From an uncultured Eubacteriales bacterium (GTDB taxonomy: Bacteria; Bacillota; Clostridia; Peptostreptococcales; Anaerovoracaceae), in contig CADATO010000007.1 of assembly GCA_902790905.1 (NCBI GenBank), positions 3,734-67,733 of the forward strand: a DNA stretch of 64,000 nt, in the 5' to 3' direction. The notes beneath the pieces are model-generated. The model saw only the letters and a list, made by a program, of their open reading frames with translations, searched no databases and had not been told where the DNA came from. The translations under genes were made by a program, and so were the position numbers. Shown here piece after piece: positions 1 through 7,895 of the stretch. Each line of letters starts with the position of its first letter. Position 1 is the first letter of the stretch.

Positions 1-14
1 CAGAGATTACAAGG

Positions 15-923
15 ATGCCCATCAGGACGATCCGCCTCAAGCATTTACAGGAGTGGGCGTATGGTCTGATCAAGGCGCACGACCTCACAAGGAAAGAGTT
101 TGCTAATGTATGCACCTGGATCAAGCAGATGCTGGAGTATGCAGAGCAGGAGGAACTGATTGATAAGAATCCGTACCGATTGCTAAAGATCACAAATCTG
201 AATGTGTTCCGGCAAATCGAAACGAAACCGGACGAGAACAGAGTGCTGTCGCCTGAGATGGAACTGGCGCTGTATCAGAAGTGCTGGGATCTGTATTCGA
301 AAGAACACTATCCCGTGAACCGCACGATCCCGCTAGCCATCATCCTGCTGTTTCAGGCGGGACTGAGACCCTGTGAGGTGTGTTCCTTGCGGTATGCGGA
401 TATCGTGGATGGGGAACTCGTTGTTAAACGCTATTACTCCGAGAAAGAGGATCTCGTCAGAGAGAATCGCACCAAGGCAGGGCATGGTCCAAGGCGCATC
501 CCGCTGACCAACCTGGCACAGGGCATCATACGGACGATCCGTGAGGATTGCGAAGAGGAACCGCAGGAAGGGGACTACATCTTTGTGATAGACGAGCAGC
601 AGATGCACGGCTTTTACAACCGGATGCGCAAGACATTCCCTCTGATCTGCAAAGATCTCGGCATACCGGACAACACGCTCTATGCGGGGCGGAGGACGTT
701 TGTTTCTTCCTTGCTTGATGACAATGTCAACATCAAGACGATCCAGAACTATGTAGGCCACAAGGACGCCAAAACCACTCTCAATCACTACTGTTTTGAC
801 AGGTCAGGGAAGCAGCATCGCATCGAGCAGCTTGAGAACGCGCGGCTGGGATTATCCCTTGCGGATGTGATCCCTGATGAATCAAAATCTGTACCCACTG
901 TACCCAAATCCGAAGCCATATAA
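15..923 (+). CDS. Tyrosine-type site-specific recombinase/integrase. The frame stays open back to base 3, so the N-terminus is probably cut by the window edge.
   Basis: 302-aa ORF. It has a core-binding-like N-part and a catalytic C-part (GLRPCEV Arg region, YAGRRTF, C-terminal VGHKDAKTTLNHY with the Tyr nucleophile region). It ends 35 nt from the 3' end of a tRNA-Ser gene. Confidence 0.85.
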   Translation: MPIRTIRLKHLQEWAYGLIKAHDLTRKEFANVCTWIKQMLEYAEQEELIDKNPYRLLKITNLNVFRQIETKPDENRVLSPEMELALYQKCWDLYSKEHYPVNRTIPLAIILLFQAGLRPCEVCSLRYADIVDGELVVKRYYSEKEDLVRENRTKAGHGPRRIPLTNLAQGIIRTIREDCEEEPQEGDYIFVIDEQQMHGFYNRMRKTFPLICKDLGIPDNTLYAGRRTFVSSLLDDNVNIKTIQNYVGHKDAKTTLNHYCFDRSGKQHRIEQLENARLGLSLADVIPDESKSVPTVPKSEAI

Positions 924-950
924 AAACCCCGAGACCGTTGAGATCTCGGG
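921..950 (-). terminator. Hairpin with a T-run on the minus strand, downstream of tRNA-Ser
   Basis: cccgaga (928-934) pairs with tctcggg (944-950). On the minus strand the stem is followed by TTTTTA. Confidence 0.55.
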
Positions 951-957
951 AAAATGA

Positions 958-1045
958 TGGCGGAGGGCATGGGACTCGAACCCACGAGGCTGTTACACCC
1001 TACTCGCTTTCCAGGCGAGCTCCTTAGCCACTCGGTCAACCCTCC
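958..1045 (-). tRNA. tRNA-Ser (anticodon GGA), class II with a long variable arm and encoded CCA
   Basis: The reverse complement reads GGAGGGT..CTCGC-CTGGAAA-GCGAG..GTGGGTTCGAGTCCCAT-GCCCTCC-G-CCA. It has a 7-bp acceptor stem, an anticodon loop CUGGAAA, a canonical T-loop and a long extra arm. Confidence 0.85.
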
Positions 1046-1291
1046 GTGCTAATTGCGTGTTACGCGATATGGATGCTCTTTTCAGAGCCGTATACTAATC
1101 TAACATATAGAGCAGGGATTTTCAAGGAAAATATTTATGGACACAATAAACAAAATCAAAAAATGTATCTTGTATACAAGGAGCGATTCTGCTATACTCA
1201 CTTTAGTTTTTATATCCATATGGATCTGATATGGAAATACGAAAGCGTAAATATCTCTCCTTAAATAAGTGATAATAGATAAAACCGTAAG

Positions 1292-1325
1292 AAAAAAGCC
1301 GGAGATCCATCCTCCGGCTTTTTTC
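1292..1325. terminator. Bidirectional intrinsic terminator downstream of nadE
   Basis: gccggag (1298-1304) pairs with ctccggc (1312-1318). The stem is flanked by an A-run upstream and a T-run downstream. Confidence 0.7.
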
Positions 1326-1329
1326 GTAT

Positions 1330-3273
1330 TTAGAGCGATTCCGCTTCTTTGAGCCATAGTGTCATGCACGCATCGCTGGGCATCATCAGGCCGCCGCGCG
1401 GCGACAGGGAGATGGGCCCCACCAGCGGGCCGTCCGGGGAACAGGACCGCTTGAACTGGCTGACGAAGAACCGGCGCAGGAAGGTAACGAGCCATTTTTT
1501 GATGGTGGCGTCGTCGTAGGTGCCGAGCCCGGTGTCGACAGAGGGTTCATTGCCGGCCGCTTCGCCGAACGCGATCTTTGCGAGTTCGTAGATGTCACGC
1601 GGGCTTCTGCCGTAGCGCATCATGTGATACAGGAAGAAGTCGTGCAGCTCGTACGGGCCGATGATGTCTTCGGTCTTCTGCGTGATGTTGCCGGACTTGT
1701 CGGCAGGGAGCAGCTCGGGGCTGATCGGGTTGTGCAGGATCTGGTCGAGGATCTCGCCGGCTTTGCCGCCCAGTTTGTTGGCGTAGCCGCGGACGATGAA
1801 TCGCACCAGCGTCTTGGTCACGCTGCCGTTCACGCCGTACATCGACATGTGGTCGCCGTTGTAGGTGCACCAGCCAAGCGCCAGTTCGGACAGATCGCCC
1901 GTGCCGATGACCAGGCCGTTGACCATGTTCGCATAGTCCATGATGACCTGCGTACGCTCTCTGGCCTGCGCGTTCTCGTAGACGACATTCATATTGGACG
2001 GGTCGTGCCCGATGTCCTTCAGGTGCTGGGTGGTCGCCTCGGCGATGCTGATGGTCTTCGTGGTGATGCCGAGGGTCTCCATCAGGTCGGTCGCCAGGTT
2101 TTTCGTGTTGTCGCTGGTGCCGAGGCCCGGCATGGTGATGCCGTGGATGCCGGTGCGGGGCAGGCCCATGATATCAAATGCAGTCGTGCAGACGAGCAGG
2201 GCAAGCGTGCTGTCGAGCCCGCCGCTGATGCCGATGACGACATTCTCGCTGCCGATGTGCTTCATGCGCGTGACGAGCGCCATCGCCTGGATCATCGCAA
2301 TGTCCTGACCATCGCCTGTCTTGGGAAGGAAGGGATGCGGATCGACGCTGCGGCAGATGTCCGCAGGTCTTTCTTCGATCAGGCACTCGACTACGCCGCC
2401 GATTTCTTCCGGCGGGATCGTGTCGTGAAAGCGCGGGTAGACCTGTCTGTCGCGGTCCAGCGCATCGACGTCGATGTCCGCGGTGCAGCTTGCACCGGTG
2501 AGGGAGTATTTTTCTCCTTCCGCCAGAACGGCGCCGGCTTCGCAGATGAGCGTTTCTCCTCCAAAGACGACATCGGTCGTGGATTCGCCAAACCCGCTGT
2601 TGGTCACAGCGTAAGCGCACATCAGGCGCTCGCTGAGCCCGCGGATGTTTTCTCTTCTGTTGGCGTTCTTGTGGTAGCCTTCTGTGCAGGCGGTGATGTT
2701 GACGATGAGCTGCGCACCCTGCACCGCCAGGCTGGTGCTCGGCGGAATGGGTACGAACATGTCTTCGCAGAGTTCTGCTCCGACGGTGACGCTCTCGCCG
2801 CTCTTCTCATCGATCAGGCGGACCAGGCAGTTGAGGGGGATATCCTCGTCGCCGATCCGGACTTCATCGGTATCCAGGTCGTAGGTGGAACGGAACCATC
2901 TCTTCTCGAAAAAGGCTTCGTACTCCGGCAGGAATGTCTTGGTGAAGACCGTGACGATCTCGCCGCCCTGATAGCAGACCGCGCAGTTGTACAGCCCGCC
3001 GCCGATCTTCAGCGGTGCGCCGACGATGGTCAGCAGATCTTCCGGCAGTTCCTCCGCCAGCTCTGCCAGTGCAGCCTTCGCCGCGGTCTGGAGCGTTTTG
3101 CTCGCGAAGAGATCGCCGCAGGTGTAACCGGTCAGATACAGTTCGGGGAAGGCGAGGATCTTGACACCTTCCTTGTCAGCTTCGCCGGCTGTGGCCAGGA
3201 TCTGTTCCTTATTGAAGGCAACGTCCGCGACTTTGACAACGGGACTTGCCATTTTGACTCTCCAAAGATTCAT
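1330..3273 (-). CDS. nadE: Glutamine-dependent NAD+ synthetase (long form: CN-hydrolase domain plus NAD synthase domain)
   Basis: 647 aa. The N-terminal nitrilase-like part contains LAFPELYLTGYTCGDLF. The C-terminal PP-loop ATPase part contains VIGISGGLDSTLAL. An AAGGAG RBS lies upstream of the ATG at 3273. Confidence 0.9.
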   Translation of the reverse strand: MNLWRVKMASPVVKVADVAFNKEQILATAGEADKEGVKILAFPELYLTGYTCGDLFASKTLQTAAKAALAELAEELPEDLLTIVGAPLKIGGGLYNCAVCYQGGEIVTVFTKTFLPEYEAFFEKRWFRSTYDLDTDEVRIGDEDIPLNCLVRLIDEKSGESVTVGAELCEDMFVPIPPSTSLAVQGAQLIVNITACTEGYHKNANRRENIRGLSERLMCAYAVTNSGFGESTTDVVFGGETLICEAGAVLAEGEKYSLTGASCTADIDVDALDRDRQVYPRFHDTIPPEEIGGVVECLIEERPADICRSVDPHPFLPKTGDGQDIAMIQAMALVTRMKHIGSENVVIGISGGLDSTLALLVCTTAFDIMGLPRTGIHGITMPGLGTSDNTKNLATDLMETLGITTKTISIAEATTQHLKDIGHDPSNMNVVYENAQARERTQVIMDYANMVNGLVIGTGDLSELALGWCTYNGDHMSMYGVNGSVTKTLVRFIVRGYANKLGGKAGEILDQILHNPISPELLPADKSGNITQKTEDIIGPYELHDFFLYHMMRYGRSPRDIYELAKIAFGEAAGNEPSVDTGLGTYDDATIKKWLVTFLRRFFVSQFKRSCSPDGPLVGPISLSPRGGLMMPSDACMTLWLKEAESL

Positions 3274-3427
3274 GGTATCTCCTTATTCATATTACGGGTG
3301 CCGCACAGCGCGGGTTTTCACAAATACGATTATACTCTCTGCGATGCCAATTTAAAAGAAAAAGCCGAATCGCCCGCAGACAGCGGCGATTCTTGCTATG
3401 AAATCCGCTCTGCAATATAATAATTGT

Positions 3428-5569
3428 ATGAAAATACGTCGGATCGGGATAGCACTGCTGGTAATGATGGTTGTATGCGGGACCCTGTGGGGGACCGGTT
3501 TTTCTGTGCTGCCGGAAGCTTCGGCGGCAGGCACTGTCTATGCCGATGCGGAGGAGGAATCGCTCGGCCAGGTCTCTCTGATCCTGACCAGTGATATGCA
3601 TGATCACATCCAGCCGGTCGTATGGACACAGGGTGGGGAAACGACTGCAACGGGCGGCTTTGCACCGGTCAAGACGCTCATCGACCAGATTCGTTCGGAA
3701 TGGCCGGATTCGCTGGTGCTCGATGCAGGCGGATTCAGCATGGGGACTTCCTACCAGACAATCGAACCGGCAGAAGCGCCGGCGCTCATGCTCATGGGCC
3801 AGATGGATTATGATGTCACCACACTGGGCGCCCATGAATATGGATTCGGCCCGGACGGCCTGACGGATATGCTGAATGCAGCGCAGGCGGGCGGCCAGGA
3901 GACCGTAATCAAAAGCGCTTACGATGAAACAACGAAAACAAACAAGACCGTGACGACCGAGGGCTGGGATATGCCGGCGGTCGTGGGCAGCAACATAGAC
4001 TGGGATGCCGCGCTTGCAGATGAACTGCTGGCGGAGAATGCAGGGGTGCTCCGCGCTGCGTTTGACAGATACGGCGTACAGGACTATGTGATCATCCGCC
4101 GCGGCGGGATCCGGATCGCTGTCTTCGGGCTGATGGGATATGATGCCGTCGCGCAGGTGCCGGACAGCGGTGTTGTCTGGCAGGATCCGGTCGACTATGC
4201 AAAACAGGTTGTCAGCGAGATCGAGAGCAACGGCGAAGCCGATATGATCATCTGCCTTTCGCAGGGCGGGATGACAGAAGACGGCGGTGAAGACGCGGCG
4301 CTCGCGGAGGCGGTGCCCGGGATCGACGTGATCCTGTCCGGCAATGCAAAGGCGGCCAGCGAAGCACCGGTGACGGTCGGCACGACAACGATCGTCTCGG
4401 TCGGCTGTGATGCGCAGTACGTGGGGCATCTGGTGCTCGACCGGACTTCGGAAGGCTATGTCAATCCGGTCTTCGAACTGCTGCCGGTAGACGGCTCTGT
4501 CTCCGGGGATGCAGCGATTCAGACGGCTGCGGATGCCTATAAAAAAGATATCGACAGCGCCTTCTTCTCGAAATATGGGTATACCGGAGAGCAGGTGCTT
4601 GCAAACAACGAGGCTGCCTTTACACCGATCAGCAGTTTTGGCAGTCAGCCCGGCGAGGAATCGCTTGCCAACCTCATCGCAGACGCCTATGCCTATGCGG
4701 TGCGCACGGCAGAGGGGGACGCCGAACCGGTTGATGTGGTGATCGTGCCTGCAGGGGCGGTCCAGGCCTCGGTCGATGAAGGGCCTGTCACAGCTGCCGA
4801 AGCGTACGATGTCCTGTCGATGGGAACGGGACCGGACGGGCTCCCCGGCTATCCGCTGGTGAGTTTTTACCTGACGGGGAAAGAGCTCAAAACCCTGGCG
4901 GATGTCGACATCTCTGTCGGGCAGGATGACCCGGCGGCGCGGATGTATTTCAAAGGCCTTGTGTACAGCTTTAATACGCACCGGATGATCTACAACCGCA
5001 CGATGGACCACCGGCTCATGGCGGAAGACGGCTCCCTGACAGAGCTGGATAAGAAAAAACTCTACCGCGTTGTGACGGACCTGCATACCGCGGAAACGCT
5101 CAAACAGACTGCCGGCGGTTCCAAGGGCATGCTCTCCGTTGTCCCGAAGGATGCGGAGGGGCATACGGTCATCGAGTTTGACCGCTGTATTGTGCCGGCC
5201 GATGAAAACGGCGGCGAGATGAAGGCGTGGTATGCGCTGGCATCCTATATCGACGCGTTTGAGGGGGATGTTGTTCCGGCAGCATATCATGAGCCACTGG
5301 GGCGCAAGACGGATAAGACCAGTCTGTCTCCGGTACAGCTGTTCAAGCAGCCGAACAGGTTCAGTGCGGCGCTCGCCTTCCTGATCCTGCTGCCGATCGT
5401 CATCGTCATCCTGATCATCGTGCTGTACCGCCGCCACAGACATGTCCAGCGCGGATACAAGCGCAGCATGTTTGGCAGTGCGGCCTTCCGGCCGAACGGC
5501 GGCAAGCCCGTATTCAAGGGGAAAAAGATCAACCGCAAAAAGCTCCACAAGTGGACAGGTCGCTATTAG
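3428..5569 (+). CDS. Membrane-anchored bifunctional metallophosphoesterase/5'-nucleotidase family protein. The ORF also allows an upstream ATG at 3398.
   Basis: A signal peptide begins at MKIRRIGIALLV. Metallophosphoesterase motifs are LTSDMHDH and LGAHEYGFG. There is a 5'-nucleotidase-like C-domain, then a C-terminal TM helix (LILLPIVIVILIIVLY) with a basic tail. Confidence 0.75.
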   Translation: MKIRRIGIALLVMMVVCGTLWGTGFSVLPEASAAGTVYADAEEESLGQVSLILTSDMHDHIQPVVWTQGGETTATGGFAPVKTLIDQIRSEWPDSLVLDAGGFSMGTSYQTIEPAEAPALMLMGQMDYDVTTLGAHEYGFGPDGLTDMLNAAQAGGQETVIKSAYDETTKTNKTVTTEGWDMPAVVGSNIDWDAALADELLAENAGVLRAAFDRYGVQDYVIIRRGGIRIAVFGLMGYDAVAQVPDSGVVWQDPVDYAKQVVSEIESNGEADMIICLSQGGMTEDGGEDAALAEAVPGIDVILSGNAKAASEAPVTVGTTTIVSVGCDAQYVGHLVLDRTSEGYVNPVFELLPVDGSVSGDAAIQTAADAYKKDIDSAFFSKYGYTGEQVLANNEAAFTPISSFGSQPGEESLANLIADAYAYAVRTAEGDAEPVDVVIVPAGAVQASVDEGPVTAAEAYDVLSMGTGPDGLPGYPLVSFYLTGKELKTLADVDISVGQDDPAARMYFKGLVYSFNTHRMIYNRTMDHRLMAEDGSLTELDKKKLYRVVTDLHTAETLKQTAGGSKGMLSVVPKDAEGHTVIEFDRCIVPADENGGEMKAWYALASYIDAFEGDVVPAAYHEPLGRKTDKTSLSPVQLFKQPNRFSAALAFLILLPIVIVILIIVLYRRHRHVQRGYKRSMFGSAAFRPNGGKPVFKGKKINRKKLHKWTGRY

Positions 5570-5582
5570 AAAGAGAAACCTT

Positions 5583-6194
5583 ATGAAACGAATCATTGCA
5601 GCAACCAGAAATGAAGGCAAAATCAGAGAAATGAACGCGATCACGGAAGAACTCGGGATCGCAATCATCTCGCGCGACGACGCGGGCGTACCGCCGGTTG
5701 AGATCGAAGAGACCGGCACAACGTTTGAAGAAAACTCCTACATCAAGGCGAAGGCCATCATGGAGATGACAGGGGAGCCTGCATTGGCAGATGACTCCGG
5801 GATTTGCTGCGACTATCTGGGCGGCGCACCCGGCGTGCAGTCGGCCCGCTGGTCCGGCGGCGACGATGAAGACAACAATGCCAAACTGGTCCGGCTGACA
5901 GAGCCTGTCCCGCCGGAAGAGCGCATCGCCCGGTATGTGTGCGTGATGACACTCGTTTATCCGGACGGGGAAACCCTCCGCGCACGCGGGGAGGTCGAAG
6001 GCATGATCATCACAGAGCCCCGCGGCGACGGGGGCTTCGGATACGATCCGTACTTTGTGCCGCGCGGGGAAGGCGTGGCGCCGGGGGAGACCCGCACCTT
6101 TGCGGAATTCCCGGCGGAAGAGAAGAATGCCATCAGCCACCGCGGCCGCGCGCTGCAGGAGATGGCCCGTCTGCTGCGAGAGCGCAGCAAGTAG
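5583..6194 (+). CDS. rdgB: Non-canonical purine NTP pyrophosphatase (RdgB/HAM1 family)
   Basis: MKRIIAATRNEGKIREM... FGYDPYF ... AEEKNAISHRGRAL. The in-frame upstream extension to 5442 overlaps the preceding gene and has no homology. Confidence 0.9.
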   Translation: MKRIIAATRNEGKIREMNAITEELGIAIISRDDAGVPPVEIEETGTTFEENSYIKAKAIMEMTGEPALADDSGICCDYLGGAPGVQSARWSGGDDEDNNAKLVRLTEPVPPEERIARYVCVMTLVYPDGETLRARGEVEGMIITEPRGDGGFGYDPYFVPRGEGVAPGETRTFAEFPAEEKNAISHRGRALQEMARLLRERSK

Positions 6195-6226
6195 AATACT
6201 GACGTAATACAGGGGAACATGTTAGT

Positions 6227-7048
6227 ATGAGCAGCCGTTTGTTTCGCATGATCACACTGGGGATCCGGCAGTTCCGCGATCCGTACTACCAGGGCTTCGC
6301 TGCGCAGATCGCTTTTTACTATCTGCTGTCGCTGGTCCCGATGGTCATGCTGTTGTCACAGCTTATGATGTCGATCTTTCAGACCACCATTGCCGATGCG
6401 GTGGGCTGGCTTTTGGATGCCATCGGCGGTGCGTATTCGGATGAAGTCAGAGATCTTCTGACCTACCGTTCCGCGGGTGCCCTGAACATCGTCTATGCGG
6501 TCATCGCACTCTGGGCGGCTTCCCGCGCACAGTTCGCGCTGACCCGTATCATGAACTTTACGCTGACAGAAGGCCGCTCTACCGGCAATGGCTATTGGCG
6601 TGAGCGATTCCGCTCCATGTTCACGATGACACTCATGCTGCTGGCGATCATCGTGGCAGTCCTTGTCCTGGTTTACGGCGGCAGGCTGATCGAGCTGTTC
6701 TTCAAAGATCAGCGGATATGGCTGTGGATCCGCTGGCCGGTCGCGTTCGGGCTGTTCTTCCTGATTCTGAGTTTCATCTACAAGATCCTCCCGACGGAGC
6801 GCATTCCGTACAAGCAGGTGATCCCCGGCAGCATCTTTGCCGCGGTCGGGCTGGTGCTCGTCACCTGGCTGTACTCGCTGTACCTAAACGGCATGGCGCA
6901 GTACGACATCGTCTACGGTGCGCTGGCCAATATCGTCGCGCTGATGTTCTGGTTCTACTTCATGGCCTGGGTGCTTTGTCTGGGCGTTCTGTTCAACAAA
7001 GTCCTGCAGGATACGAAGGGACATCAGGGTCACGTGATGTTCAGATAG
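6227..7048 (+). CDS. YihY/BrkB (ribonuclease BN-like) family membrane protein
   Basis: 273 aa and multi-TM. It starts with a family-typical RDPYYQGFAAQIAFYYLLSLVPMVMLL and ends with the LMFWFYFMAWVLCLG motif. Confidence 0.8.
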   Translation: MSSRLFRMITLGIRQFRDPYYQGFAAQIAFYYLLSLVPMVMLLSQLMMSIFQTTIADAVGWLLDAIGGAYSDEVRDLLTYRSAGALNIVYAVIALWAASRAQFALTRIMNFTLTEGRSTGNGYWRERFRSMFTMTLMLLAIIVAVLVLVYGGRLIELFFKDQRIWLWIRWPVAFGLFFLILSFIYKILPTERIPYKQVIPGSIFAAVGLVLVTWLYSLYLNGMAQYDIVYGALANIVALMFWFYFMAWVLCLGVLFNKVLQDTKGHQGHVMFR

Positions 7049-7068
7049 CACAACAGAGCGATTCCTGT

Positions 7069-7097
7069 TTGACAACACACACGGAATCGCTTATATT
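7069..7097 (+). promoter_or_regulatory. SigA-type promoter candidate for the ABC transporter operon
   Basis: TTGACA (7069-7074), 17-nt spacer, TATATT (7092-7097). It is embedded in the inverted repeat agcgattcc/ggaatcgct. Confidence 0.45.
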
Positions 7098-7181
7098 ATC
7101 GGTATGAGTTAGCATATGCTAACCAAATGGAGCATTTCCGCAACTTTACGTATAGATCAACAAGCAAGAAAGAAGGACAAC

Positions 7182-7880
7182 ATGTATCTCGAACTGAATA
7201 CGATCTGCAAATCCTTTGGCAGAGGCGAGACGCGCGTGCAGGTCCTGCACGATGTGTCGCTCGGCCTCGAAAAAGGAGAACTATGTGTGCTGCTGGGTCC
7301 GTCCGGCTCCGGCAAATCCACGCTGCTCAACATCCTAGGCGGCATCGAGGAGGCCGACAGCGGTCAGGTCATCATCAACGGTGACCGGATGGAAAACATG
7401 AAGGAAAAACAGCTTTCGGTCTACCGCCGCAAGCACCTCGGGTATGTTTTCCAGTCCTACAACCTGATCCCCAACCTGACGGTGCGCGAGAACATCGAAG
7501 TCGGCGCGTATCTCGGCGATGATCCGCTCGACATCGATACGCTTCTGCACGACCTCGGGCTCTGGGAACACCAGCACAAGATCCCCAACCAGCTCTCCGG
7601 CGGGCAGCAGCAGCGCACCTCCATCGGGCGGGCGATCGTCAAGAACCCCGATGTGCTGCTCTGCGATGAGCCGACCGGCGCCCTGGACTACAGCACGTCC
7701 AAGGAGATCCTCCGCCTCATCGAGGAGGTCAACGCGAAGTACCGCAGCACGGTGGTGCTGGTCACGCACAACGACGCACTGAAAGGCATGGCGGACAGGG
7801 TCGTGCGGCTCAAGGACGGCCGGATCCTCTCCGACACGAAGAACGATGTGCGCATCCCCGCGGCAGAACTGGAATGGTAA
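7182..7880 (+). CDS. ABC transporter ATP-binding protein (MacB/FtsE-like)
   Basis: Walker [10 protein letters not shown], signature LSGGQQQR and Walker [12 protein letters not shown]. The ATG at 7182 is preceded by AGAAGGA. The ORF-track start at 7116 lacks an RBS. Confidence 0.9.
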   Translation: MYLELNTICKSFGRGETRVQVLHDVSLGLEKGELCVLLGPSGSGKSTLLNILGGIEEADSGQVIINGDRMENMKEKQLSVYRRKHLGYVFQSYNLIPNLTVRENIEVGAYLGDDPLDIDTLLHDLGLWEHQHKIPNQLSGGQQQRTSIGRAIVKNPDVLLCDEPTGALDYSTSKEILRLIEEVNAKYRSTVVLVTHNDALKGMADRVVRLKDGRILSDTKNDVRIPAAELEW

Positions 7881-7895
7881 AGGGGGCGTGCAGCA

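Noticed and set aside
1046-1264. A 72-aa ORF in the AT-rich spacer after tRNA-Ser.
   Set aside because: It has no RBS, an odd composition and no motifs. It lies where the tRNA promoter must be.
5442-5582. Long upstream extensions offered by the ORF track: rdgB from 5442, cbiB from 43509, proS from 61673, the ABC ATPase from 7116, radA from 54845 and the response regulator to 58640.
   Set aside because: The extensions overlap the preceding genes and lack homology. Internal ATGs with proper Shine-Dalgarno sequences coincide with the conserved family N-termini.
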